Origin: Octopus vulgaris
Taxonomy: Eukaryota
Assembly (NCBI GenBank): GCA_951406725.2
Contig: OX597814.1
Location: 97,402,001 to 97,466,000, forward strand
Direction of reading: 5' to 3'
DNA length: 64,000 bases
Shown here: positions 39,652-52,117 of the stretch, piece by piece
Numbering within the stretch: the first letter of the stretch is position 1
How the letters are laid out: each line of letters begins with the position of its first letter
Notes under the pieces: generated by a model
The model's input: only the letters and a program-made list of their open reading frames with translations
Database searches by the model: none
Told to the model about the DNA's origin: nothing
Made by a program: the position numbers and the translations under genes

Positions 39652-40199
39652 TTTATTGAGTGCTTTTTTCGAGTAATGTTTTATGTACTTTATCTACAAC
39701 CATACATAAAATACATACACACACACACACGATAATACATAGATACACATACAATACATACATACATACATACATACATACATACATACATACATACATG
39801 CATACATGCATACATGCATACATGCATACATGCATACATACATACATACATACATACATACATACATACATACATACATACATGCATACATACATATACG
39901 TGTGTGTAACCATTCAGATATAACGCATAAATATGTGGACATAAGTCAATTGACCGACAGATATAAGCTTTAAGGTCATAAACTAGATTAATTTAGAAAT
40001 TACATCCAATGAAAATAATAAAACAGGATAGTCCATGGATTAATCAACACAAGAAAATATCATTACAAAGTGGTTCTCTGATCACAACCCACACACGCGC
40101 GTGTGCACACACACACATGCATATCTATTATTTATTTATGCATATATTTTATATAAAAGTGTGTATGTATGTGTGCATATAAATAGTAAATAATTTATA

Positions 40200-40279
<80 letters not shown>

Positions 40280-40376
40280 AATCCAAAACACGCGAAGAAC
40301 AAACACAAAAAGCAACAATGCGAGGACGTGGTACATGTAAATTATTAACAGACGCTCAGGGAAGGAAAGAAATATG

Positions 40377-40411
40377 GTTTAACGTTTCGAGCAAAGCTCT
40401 TCTTCAGAAAC
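40377..40411 (-). ncRNA. Minimal hammerhead motif in repeat 40275-40470
   Basis: Minus strand GUUU-CUGAAGA-A-GAGC-UUU-GCUC-GAAA-CG-UU-AAAC; helix I GUUU/AAAC. Same family as 29965. Confidence 0.6.
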
Positions 40412-41243
40412 AGAGGTAAATCCAATAGAAAAGGAAGACGGGGGGAAGGGTGTGGTAAAAATACGCCTACTATTGCATATATGCGTACAGGACGTCATCA
40501 ACGGTTAAAACAACGTGAAATACGTAAACAAACGAGTTAAATACGTAAACAACGAGAAAAATGGAAAACAGGACAAGTAAACACAGAAAAGACCCTTCAA
40601 CTGTTGTCGGCTGTCAATCTACTCCTCATTTCGAGATCGATGTTTGTGTATATTATAAATATTTTTTTTCAGGATTAAACGAAAGGACAACAAACGTAAA
40701 ATATGACACCTCTATATATAATTTTTAAAAAAGTGTAGTAAATAAGCAAATATATACTAAATACGCAGGGGAACAGAAAATACAGAAAGTCACCAACTCT
40801 TCATCAGTTATAGGCCAGAGAGTCAAACGCAGTTTCAGCCATTATTGGTAATATTACTTCCACTCTGGAGACACCGACAAGAAACTTGCTAGAATGGGAG
40901 CAAAACATAACAAAACAAGACTGGCTCGAGACAAGAACGTTAGTGGAGGGATGTGGGATAAAATAATAAACAGAATAAAGGCTTAGGGCCACACGGAGAC
41001 AACAATTAATAATGATGATACATATACAACAAAAAGTTTTGGGGCTGCAAGACAAGAAAAAAGTGGGTAACGCGAAGGAGAAATGAAGACTGTCCTAAAG
41101 AACTGTAGACACGGGAGGAGTAGAGTGAGGAGCTCAGAAAATCATGTCTAGTGTGGTTGAAGGAAACGCGAAAAAGAACGACAAAGCCTTAGGTTTTCAC
41201 GTGTCACGTGATAGTGGGAGGGGGATAACAGAGAAATACAGAA

Positions 41244-41281
<38 letters not shown>

Positions 41282-41591
41282 AGAGAGAGAGAGAGGGAGA
41301 AAGAAAGGAAATTAAGAGAAGCAAAGTAAAGGAAAGAGACAGAGTGGCACAAAAATATTCTAACAATATTTCTACAAAGGGATAAAAAATTAATAAGTGC
41401 GTGCATTATATACCTATGTATATCAATATAGTAATACATATAAATTTGACATGGGCGATTCTTTCTTGTCTTGAGATTCACGGTCAAAGGGCTAGGTGGA
41501 ATTGCGCGAAAATTTACACAGATGTGTAGAATGATCCGGTGGTGTTGCTGGGCTTTGTATTTTTTCATGCCGCCCATGGTTACCGAGATAA

Positions 41592-42066
41592 TCTACTACA
41601 ATAATACTCTTGTGTTTATGAATGAGAAAGGAAGGGGTGTTAAATGAAGAAAGAAGGAAGGGGTGATGTCATACTTGGCACTGGGATTATGAAAATTGCA
41701 GACTGAAAAAATAAATCAAACAGCGTTTCAACTCTGCGTAAATATATGTGTGTGGATGTAAAAAGGGTGGGATACGTGAATGTGTGTGAATGTGTGTGTG
41801 TGTGTGTCTGTGCGTGTACGCGCGCGATAGAAGTGGGATGGTTCATGCTTGTTCGCTTAGTATTTGGGTTTATTTTTTAATTTGGTTGAATCTCGGTTGG
41901 TCATTTTTTTTGTTGGTCAGTTATTTTTAGCGTTTTGACAGAAAAAAGTCATTCTAGAATTGTTTTTTCACGTAAGCATGCCCAAAAATGTCGAATGCTT
42001 ACACAGAACAGGTTTCACAGCCACGTCATCCAAACCAACCAGGTGAAGCCGGCCTTAGCTGCGAGT
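41592..42066 (+). mobile_element. Non-autonomous Helitron
   Basis: Starts a|TCTACTACAATAATA and ends with hairpin-like ccaggtgaagccgg plus a degenerate CTAG (cgag|t). Confidence 0.55.
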
Positions 42067-42073
42067 ATATATA

Positions 42074-42520
42074 CTAGCTTAAGGTGACCCACTCTACGCA
42101 CGGGTGAGGGTGTGGCTGTTACATTCTATTGCTTCCTTTCTTTTTCTTATCGCCACATTCTCCCTCTTTGTTTCTCTCTCCTTTCTCTCTCACTTTCCCA
42201 CTCTCTTACTCTTCCTTTCTCTCGGACTCTCCCTCGATTTCTCTTACTCTCTATCTTTCTCTATCTATCACTCTCCCATTTATAAAGAATTAGATTTCCG
42301 CGCTTAAATTATAAATCCGGTTCCACTTTACCATATTGAAAATTTGATTGAAATCAGGCAAAAGGTGTCGAATCTAGATCCCCAAGTGTCCCCAAAAATC
42401 AATAAAATCTCCGTTTTCACACCAAAGCAACCACTGTATTGCCCCAAAACGTCTCCCAATCAATTTATCACCTCAAGTTACCCGCTCCTGTAAATTTCAA
42501 TCCCCTTCCATATATATATA
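42074..42520 (-). mobile_element. Non-autonomous Helitron
   Basis: a|ctag followed by hairpin acccactctacgcacgggt (3' end on the minus strand); runs into (TA)n. Confidence 0.55.
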
Positions 42521-42689
42521 TATATATATATATATACAAATATATATATAATAATGATATAAATAATATATAAATATATGCATATATACATACATATATG
42601 TACATACCTACATATATATGAATATATACATGCATATATTGGTACAGGACATAAAAAAACGTTGAACAGAATGAGAAACGATAACAACA

Positions 42690-42945
42690 TAAAAACAAAA
42701 ACATCTCCCAAAGAACCTGACGAACCTGCCCATAGTAGATGTAGGCGTTTTAAATCAAAGCTGGACCTCTTCCTGTCGAGAGTCCCAGATGAACCTACCT
42801 CACGGCAAGAGGTGCAAATTAGGGTAGCTACATCAAACTTCATTCTTCACCAAGTGCCACATATTGGAGGAGGCTCTCAATAATAACAGTGTAGCAAAAC
42901 GGCGGTGCATCAGCATGGCCGCAGCTCTGAGCTGAAACTACAGAA
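42690..42945 (+). mobile_element. CR1-group LINE 3' fragment
   Basis: FKSKLDLFLSRVPDEP...SNFILHQV (compare FKKSLDKFLQTVPDKP...NNSLLEW at 43107-43220), followed by a 3' UTR ggcggtgcatcagcatggccgcagctctgagctgaaac. Confidence 0.75.
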
Positions 42946-42948
42946 AAA

Positions 42949-43012
<64 letters not shown>

Positions 43013-43014
43013 CT

Positions 43015-44098
43015 TAATATAACTTAGAATAACTTCGAAAGGTTTTAGCCAGTATTGGCCCAGGCCATGTCTAACTTAATAGCACCACCTGGCGAAGTCT
43101 TTCAATTCAGAATTTGGGCACCAAGGCCCATTCGAGCAGAGAGTTATTGTTTGAGGAGACATATCCGGGTGTGGGTGGTTTGTCCGGGACTGTTTGAAGG
43201 AATTTGTCCAAAGACTTCTTGAATTTTGTGTGGTCAGTTTCTGTTTTGACGTGTCCTGGTGTAATGTTGAAGAGAGCGGGTCCAATTGAGGTGAAATAAT
43301 TGTGCCGTATTGTTGTTATGAGATACGATTTAGATTTTTGTTGTGGACAGATGGCACAGGGTCCAAGTCTTGGATGTATTTTGAAGGTGATACCAACATC
43401 ATTTGGACAGTGCTGATGGAATATTTTCCTCATCATACAGATAATGTAGCGTTCACGGCGTCGTTGGAGTGCATACAGTTTCAGCTTTTCCCGTCGACCC
43501 CAGTAGTCAAGGTCTGACATGCCATCTATCTTTTTCGTGATTTACCTTTGGGGAGCTTCAACTTTCATATTATTCCGTTTCGTGTAGGGAGACCACAGTG
43601 GACAGCAGTATTCAAGGTGAGGTCGGGCAAAAATGGAGAAGAGAAGGATAATGGTGTGGGAATCTCTCGACTGGAAGGTTCTGATAATCCAGGAGCACAT
43701 TCTGCGGGCCATGTCAACTTTGCTGCTTATATGTGTAGCCCAGTTTATGTTGTTGTCCACAGTTATTCCCAAGTCTCTGATGTTGTTAGACGCCATGAGA
43801 GTTTCACCAGAAGGAAGGGAGTATGGGAGTTTCGGAGCGTCCTCCCTTCCAAAGTGGATCAATTCGAATTTGTCTTCGTTTAGCAACATGTTGTTCTTTT
43901 CCGACCATTGGACAACAGCCAGTAGGTCTGACTGAAGGTTTTTCCGGTCATCCACGCCATTGATGACCTTCTGAAGCTTGGAATCATCAGCGAAGATTCT
44001 GATGTTACTGTGCTTGATGATGTCAGTGATGTCATTAATGTAGATGATGAAGAAAAGTGGGCCCAACACAGTGCCTTGTGGGACATCACTACTGACTT
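43015..44098 (-). mobile_element. 5'-truncated CR1-group LINE; RT ORF 44098-43107 with one in-frame TAA (43542-43544)
   Basis: VPQGTVLGPLFFIIYIND, IFADDSKL, DLGITVD, RPHLEYCCPLWSP, LQRRRER. The two listed ORFs are in the same frame. (TA)n on both sides. Confidence 0.92.
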
Positions 44099-44139
44099 TA
44101 TATATACAAATACATATAGATATTTATAAATATATATTT

Positions 44140-44178
<39 letters not shown>

Positions 44179-44226
44179 CAAATATATGTACATATATATA
44201 TATATATATATATAAAATCAAATATA

Positions 44227-44282
<56 letters not shown>

Positions 44283-44787
44283 TATGTATACATATATATA
44301 TATAATAATATTTATGACCATACCCAAATATAAACTGTCGATTCTATCCATTCTAAACAAACACTCTCCTGGAACCTTAGATTTGGTAGTTGATAAAGAA
44401 TGACTGATACATTAAAAGTGAATCACAATCCTTTACAAGCTATGACTTTAACAAACTTCATACAGTTCTTAGAAGTGAAGTATATTTTAAGTTACATTGA
44501 TAGCAACATGGACTTTTTCCCTCTTCTTGCTCTATTAGAGAATTTGAGTGAAATTATTTTAATGTGTCCAACTGATTAAAAAAAATTATTTATGAGGATA
44601 GCCCTATATTTAAATTGATGTAATGATTGCATTGTTCAATTAAATGGAGCCGCTTAAAACGGTCGAACTGCATCACCTCTTGATATCCTGTTGCTTATTT
44701 TGATTTTATTCACCTTACTTTGAGTTGTACGGATAATACCGCACTGACTTGGTGCTTCACCTTAAGTACCTAATTCAACTGTATCTC

Positions 44788-44863
<76 letters not shown>

Positions 44864-45439
44864 GGATGGATGGATGTGTAAATATAAATATATACATGCA
44901 TACATACATATATATATACATATATATATATAAATATATATATACGTATATATATGTATATATATACACACGTATATATATGGATGTGTGTGTGTGTGTG
45001 TGTATGTGCATATATATTGCAAGTGTGAGAGAGAGAAGGGGGAAGGAGAGAACGCAACCTGTAAATAATCCTATATCATAACGAATAAAAGAAACAATAA
45101 ACTTTGTAATTAAAGATATACTACAATCCATCAAAAGAAACCTATATTGACGAGTCATTTCAGTGCATTTCCACAGCAAATTACAAGCTATTTACACAGG
45201 AAAATCCGCAACATTTGTCATATGAACCATATCAAAGCAGCGATGGACATATCCCAGTAAATGGATGAAAATGGAATGGAACAAGAATTAACAGGAATAT
45301 AGAAGTACCGTAACAAATGAATAGTTGCAAAGTAGAAGCATTGAGAAAACTATTAGATATTGGTTTTAGATTTTGGCACAAGGTCAGACCAATGCTATTA
45401 GATATGCTGTGTTTTTCAAATAGAATTATTGTGAATTTT

Positions 45440-45804
45440 TTAGTTAAGAAGGTGTTGTTAGTTGAGAAGTTTGTTTCCCAACTATGTGATCTTAGGTTCC
45501 GTCCCACTGCGCGACACTTTGGAAAAGTGCCCTCTATTATACTCCCAGGCGACCATGAATGGATTCTTAGTAGGGAAGTAAAAGAAGCTCGTTGGGTGTG
45601 TGTGTGGGTGTGTGTGTGTGCTGCTTTTGTCCCCCCATGCCACCGCTTGACAACCGGTGTTTACGTTCTCGTAACTTAGCGGTTCGACAAATGATACAGA
45701 ATTAGTATCAGACTTTAAAAAATAAGTACTAGGGGTGGTTTCTTAGACTAAACCCTTAAATGCCTTGCTCTCCCTCGGCCGCACCCCAAAGACTGAAACA
45801 AAAG

Positions 45805-45805
<1 letters not shown>
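45440..45805 (+). mobile_element. SINE family A
   Basis: Head ggttccgtcccactgcgcgacactt, internal (TG)n, tail ggccgca...gactgaaac. Confidence 0.72.
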
Positions 45806-45871
<66 letters not shown>

Positions 45872-46529
45872 TATGCGAATGTAGAATATATGAATATGTC
45901 TGTATACAAGTATATATTCTTATATTAATACAGTATCGACTTTTATGTAATATATTGAGTTGAAGATCATCAATCAATTGAAATTATTTTATTAATTAGT
46001 GGGCAAAAACTCATTGTAAGTGTATTTAAATTTTTTATAAGTCAACAAACAACTGAGACAATTTCAGTTAGATCGGTTGATCGAAATTTCTAGACAAAAC
46101 AAACAAAGCAGGTCAATGTTTCGTTGAGGAGGATCAGCGGAAATATGCCCGTTGCTTTTACCAGTTAGTTTTAAAGCCCAGATCTACTCCAATCTGTATT
46201 GTCTTTCTTGTCTGTTATTGTCCAAAAATTTCGATTAATTGATCTTGGTGGAGTCATCTCCCTTGCTTTTTGTTTTTAGACTTCAAATATTCATAGAAAA
46301 TTAGTTGTTTTTTTTCCCACTAAAAGTATGCATAAATATATGTCATGTTGACCAGAACTATTCTTACTTCCATTAATAAAGAGATCATGTGCCTCCTGCC
46401 AGGAGGTCTGACTGAGTCGCCTATATCGCTAAGAGTAATAATAGATGTGAAACCAACGCTAACGTCCTGAACAGCCATAACCAACGATTACATAGCATGC
46501 CTGTATGTATGTACGTAAAAAAAAAAATG

Positions 46530-46823
46530 GCATTCCGTCGCTTCCGACGATGAGGATTCCAGTTGATCCAATCAACGGAACAGCTTGCTCGTGAGATTAA
46601 CGTGCAAGTGGCTGAGCATTCCACAGACAGGCATACCCCTTCACATACTTCTCAGGGAGATTCAGCGTGGCTGGCCCCTTGAAATACGGGTACTACTCAT
46701 TTTTGCCATCTGAGTGGACTGGAGTACCGTGAAATAAAGTGTCTTGCACCACGCCGCCGAGAATCGAACTCGTGACCCTACGATCGCGAGCCGAATACCT
46801 AACCACTAAGCCACGCGCCTTCA
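46530..46823 (-). mobile_element. tRNA-derived SINE family D
   Basis: Reverse complement of the 52118-52442 type (ggcgcgtggcttagtggttagg...gagttcgattctcgg). Confidence 0.85.
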
Positions 46824-47329
46824 CAAATGCATGTATGTATGTATGTATGTATGTATGTATGTATGTATGTATGTATTCTTTATTGTAGTAGATTCCATTG
46901 TTTCGCCATTTGGTGTCAGAGGTATCCCCTAAAAAGTAATCACGCTGACAATCTATTCTTATGCAGAACAGTAACAGCTGTACTTTTTCTACCTTTTCTA
47001 AATGCATTTAGCAAGGAAAATAACAGCTTTAACCTGAAACCGAAGCCGCTTCTCAAACTTGATCCACTAGAAACTTATCTTCTATTATATGACTTCCGTG
47101 TTAAATATTATGTCAATTACTTTTACCCTTTACAGTTCCTCACAAATGTATGGCGAATCCAAAACGACTCCTCTATCATCCAATTTTCCATACATCTCAT
47201 TGTTAAATTGATGACTACACCATCTTTGATGTTAAAAAGCTTACAATTATTGAAGACCCAAAAACTTTCGTACAAACTGAAACTCTTGTAATTTCAGAAA
47301 CAGCTTGTATTGGAACAGCACAGTTCGTG

Positions 47330-48010
47330 TTCACATAATTTTACGTGATTGGGCAGCATGTTGTTTATGAACAACATAATAACGCGCCAGCTTCAGCATT
47401 CAATCCTCAGAAGAGAAATTGGTAAAAATAGCCATACCCGTTATCTACAATTCGGTTTTCGTGCCAGAATGTTAGGTAATGACTGTAAAAGTATGATCGT
47501 CAAAACAAGCAGCCAAAATGGAGATCTTCGAAAGGATCTCTGGAGTAACGTTAGACGACCGGGTGTGTAGCTCGGAGATCAGGGAATTTCTCTAGGTCGA
47601 GCTGCTACTTCTCCGTGTTGAGGGGGTCACAGCTCCGGTACAATGAACATGTGATTAGAATGTCGCAGGAAAGAATCGCAAGACAGATTCTTCAAGCCGA
47701 CAGGAAACGAAGGAGTTCACTAAGAACGAGATGGTGGGATAATATCCATAGCTTCAGTAGGTCGCGCTTGGGAATCCAGCAGGAAAGTCTAATAACAGTT
47801 GCTTCTGATCCTACGGGGAAGATGCCCAAGAACCGCTAGCGTAGTTAGAGTGTGTTGCGTCCGGAGCAGCACTTCAGTTTGCCGCCTTCATGCCCTAACA
47901 AAAAATACATATTGTGCTACCACCCACTTCTAGCTACGTTAGTGCTAAGGACCCTACCCACCACGAACTTCCCAAAAATGGTTGGCAGAGAAGATGGATG
48001 CGTGGACGAA
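47330..48010 (+). pseudogene. Decayed RTE-clade LINE 3' region
   Basis: QLRYNEHVIRMSQERIARQIL...RTRWWDNI, matching the RTE C-terminal LRWxGHVxRM...RW motif. Confidence 0.7.
47834..47944. mobile_element. Tiny hAT MITE nested in the RTE relic, same TIR family as 33994
   Basis: TIRs cgctagcgtagttag / ctagctacgttagtg; degenerate TSD ccaagaac / ctaaggac. Confidence 0.7.
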
Positions 48011-48595
48011 ATATATCCGTAAGCTTAAATCTTGTTTCTCTTTAAGTTGTCGACCGTACACTGCTTATCCCAGTTTGAAGCCATTTTTTTTTTGATATGA
48101 TATAGCCTCAGAGACTATAGTTTCGCTACCGATTTGCTTTAACTACGAAATAGCTATAACTGATAACAATGCAGCTATTATCAGCCTTGAAGAACAATTA
48201 CCAACTGAGCAAAACACAACAGTACGTCCATCTTTTACAAGAGACGTTTTAAGGAAAAAGAATATGACAAATGTGGAATCATCACCAACTTCTGCAGAAG
48301 TTGTTAAATAAAAAAAAGAACCTGCCAAAATCATTAATTCTGAGTTTATGTAAGCAGTATACTTTGTATAGTTTTTATATAATGTTAAGTTTTCCTAATA
48401 GCAGAACAGCTCTTTTTTTCTAAGCTTTCCTGACAGCAGAAAAGTTGTTTATTATTATTTTTCTTTTAAATTGTATTCTCAACAACGTAAGTACATAATC
48501 TATCGTCCAGCAACATATATTTTCTTATATTTCGTTTTCCCGAATGGGTATTTTTATGTATTCAATTTTGATCTGTCATGCGCTCCACGTGCGCG

Positions 48596-48660
<65 letters not shown>

Positions 48661-51076
48661 GCACGCACACACGCACACACACGAATACCAGCTCAATGCA
48701 CGTGACAGCTGAGTAATATCTGGCTTTTTACAATCTGCAGTATTCATTTTACCCGCTCTTAACTCAGCATTAATTTAGAGCATGTGATAACATGAAAGCA
48801 GATCATATATGTAATTTTGCCAAATATTAATATCATTGTTCACTTCATCAGACCCATTTGTATGAAGGCTCATGCCCTGGTTATTTATTTTCAACAGACT
48901 TTGTATGACAGTACAACTCACAAATACACTTGCATTGTTCAAGTTTATTCAGTCTCTTTTGACTCGGAATAATAACCGAACCAGAAGAGAGTCAATGGTA
49001 TTAAAATAAAATACTAATTCTAAAAATAATTTCTCCTTTCCGTTTGTTTTCCTCGAAATAGCATTATTTACATGTATTTGATGCTTAGATACAAAGTCAG
49101 CTTCACAGAGATTCAGATAAGCTTATGAAGAACGTTAACAAGAAGCTAAATGTCATATTTAGAAAGTAATGGTAGGGGTGGGATGGACTGAATTAACTTT
49201 TTTTTTGTTTTTGTTTTTTGTTTTTGTTTTTGTTCGTATCTATGAAATTTCTGATTAATTGTTCCAGTCTGAATCGACATCCTTATTTGATTTCTTGCCT
49301 AACAGAAATGTCCGAGTAATTGATGGTAAGGAAAAAATCGATCGAAATTAATTGTAATAGTGGTAATGTGGCTTGGATTGATGTTTCTAGATTTTGCTGT
49401 AACAGTTTTCTTTTTTCCTTTTTCTTTCTTCTGATCATTGCAAATGGGTAGCCATTTCTAATTGAAATCAACTGTATTGTTCACATAATTTCTTTGTTAT
49501 TTATTTCTCTTTAACATAGGTGTGCTAAATAAACATAACTTATGAGAGTATAGAAAAGATTGAGCGAAGTTCATGCCTTTCTTTTGAGCATTAGCAAAGA
49601 AGGTAGGATAAAACATGGTTACAATAAGGAATCAGAAATGAATCGGAGACTGCTTACCTGGAACGATCGAAGCAGTGATGAGCTTTTCTGTATTATTAAT
49701 TTCTATTGACTATTTACGAGACTAACTTTTATAGTTGATTAAACCCACCTCATTATATAAAATAACATTTTCTTTAATCCTAGATAGGTCAATACTAAAC
49801 TTTTTTTTTATTCATCTCGAACTGTATTTTCCAACGAATCCTTAAAAAAAAACACTATTTTATATTTGGGATAGATTTGGTAGATATTTCTAGCAGATAG
49901 AGCGATCATGTGGAAGCTTCCGAGTTAGCTCACAACAAGGATAAATATCTTGTTCAAAAAGGATTAATAGAGAAAGTCGGCCTGATTATTAATGAACTAG
50001 GGATATAAAGATGCCAAACTGAATATAGTATGTTGTCTCGCGAGTCCGGTAAAGACGGTATTCCAATTTCTTGTAATATGAAGAAGCTGTTCTGTGTTCA
50101 AATTCCGCCGAGGTTGACTTTGCCTTTCATTCTTTTGGGGTCTATAAATTAAGTACCAGTTGCGTACTGGGGTTAATCTAATCGACTGGCCCCCTCCCCC
50201 AAAATTTCAGAACTTGTGCCTAGAGTAAAGAAAAAAAATATGAAGAAGCTGCGCAGAAGATTTGTTTATAGTAATTAAATGTTTGAGCGGCACATTAGAT
50301 GACTCCCTCCATGAAATTGACATTACCTGCACAGGTGCAAAGTGTCAAATGCCAAAGTGATCGCAGAGCAACGTTTAATGAAATGTTTTGCTCAAGAGAC
50401 ACAACGCACCACCCGGTCCGAGGATCAAACCACGATCTTGCGAACGTGAATACAACGCCCCTAACCACAGGGTCACGCACCCTTACACCAAACTAGATAT
50501 AGTAAAGCTTCAAGTACGGTGTATTGTCGTCTCAACCATCTTTACACCTTCCATTTGTCATGGATCAGATGGTTGATACCTCTGACTTTCAATGTCATTT
50601 TGGCATTCTGACAGTAAAAAATCTATTAAAACTATCAGAAGCCTAGCAATAGTAGGAATCCTTCTGAGGGTTAAACGATATAAACAAATAAACACTTTCG
50701 CAGGAATGTGACACAAGCAAGTTCAAAAACCTAGTCTTAGGCGTCGTGACAGTGCTAATAACAATATTAAAAATAATGTTATAATAACCTTGGCACCAGG
50801 CCACAAATTTCGGTGGAGTAGAATAGAATTGTATGACCTTTGCATTTTCCTCAAAGGCATTGCCAGTAAGTAAAGTGAACTGGAATCGACTTGCCAAAAC
50901 CTATTTTTCGCTCTACGGCACTCGTCCTCTTTTCTCGTGATATTAACAACTAAATATATTTTTATTAATGTTTATACCGTTTCGAAAAGGTGAAAACAAA
51001 GCTTCGAAAACATATACTAAATAGTATATTGCAAAAGTAATGCCAATATTTTGAAGCGACATGTAATCAATTAGAT

Positions 51077-51320
51077 CAGAGGTTCTTAAACTTTGTAATA
51101 TCCTCAGCGCCCCACCCCTATTTTTATGTGTAAATAAATATTTTATATTTTACTAATTTATATAGGAGTGGCTGTGAGGTAAGTAACTTGCTTACCAACC
51201 ACATGGTTCCAGGTTCAGTCCCACTGCGTGGCACCTTAGGCGAGTGTCTTCTACTATAACCTCGGGCCGACCAAAGCCTTGTGAGTGGATTTGGTTGACG
51301 GAAACAGAAAGAAGCCAGTC

Positions 51321-51402
<82 letters not shown>

Positions 51403-51809
51403 TGAGTCTGTATTTGTCCCCCAACATCGTTTGACAACCGATGCTGGTGTGTTTATGTCCCCGTTACTTAGCGGTCCGGCAAAAGAGACCGATAGAATAA
51501 GTACTGGGCTTACAAAGAATAAGTCCTGGGGTTGATTAGCTCGATTAAAGGCGGTGCCCCAGCTTGGCCGCAGTCAAATGACTGAAACAAGTAAAAGATT
51601 AAAAGATATACTATGAATCATTTGGTATTTAATATAATATTATATAATTTGTATACAATACTATATTAATATTATAAATTCATATTTTATACAAACTATA
51701 TTAATATTATAAATTCATATCTTTCCTCTGCTTTCCTCCAAATGCCTCGCCAATCTGGACCCTCTCAACGCCCACCGGAGATGGGATGCGCCTACTTTGA
51801 GAACCTATG
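51077..51809. mobile_element. hAT (Charlie-like) non-autonomous element with 8 bp TSD
   Basis: TIRs cagaggttcttaaact / actttgagaacctatg; TSD aattagat at 51069-51076 and 51810-51817. Confidence 0.85.
51165..51608 (+). mobile_element. Full-length SINE family A nested in the hAT element
   Basis: ggagtggctgtgaggtaag...ggttcagtcccactgcgtggcacc...(TA)n(TG)n...ggcggtgccccagcttggccgcagtcaaatgactgaaacaagtaaaaga. Confidence 0.9.
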
Positions 51810-52117
51810 AATTAGATCAACTCGAGTACTTTATGATGCTTCTTTTATCGCCCCGAGAGAACAAACAAGTTCTAATCATTGTCACTCTCATCTTTAGAAA
51901 TACAGTTAGATATAATATCAACGAGGAAGTTTATCTGTGGTCGTTCGAACCGCTAAAAATGGCATCTTAATATCTCTCAGAGCAAATTCCACAATCTTTA
52001 AAAAACGGAGAAAGGACACATTAGAAAAGTAGTCTGAGATCATACAAAAAGAATGTCTTTGATTATATGTCTGCTCGATTAGCGTTGACTTAGAACTACA
52101 CAACAGTATTAGCAACT

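Larger units (their letters stand above)
46890..49602 (+). pseudogene. Candidate decayed multi-exon gene (segments ~46890-46921, 47012-47269, 48047-48349, 48898-48997, 49268-49325, 49520-49602)
   Basis: Polypyrimidine-AG acceptors and GT donors with chain-compatible phases (2/2/0/1/0). Two segments are fully open and others carry isolated TGA/TAA stops. Product not recognised. Confidence 0.35.

Noticed and set aside
49520-49602. Multiple in-frame TGA codons read as selenocysteine
   Set aside because: No SECIS element was recognised, a TAA stop occurs in the same candidate chain, and CGA-to-TGA decay or chance is simpler.
51659-51720. 34 bp tandem duplication (also 44174-44260 and 7960-8008)
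   Set aside because: Ordinary slippage duplications in AT-rich or microsatellite DNA.
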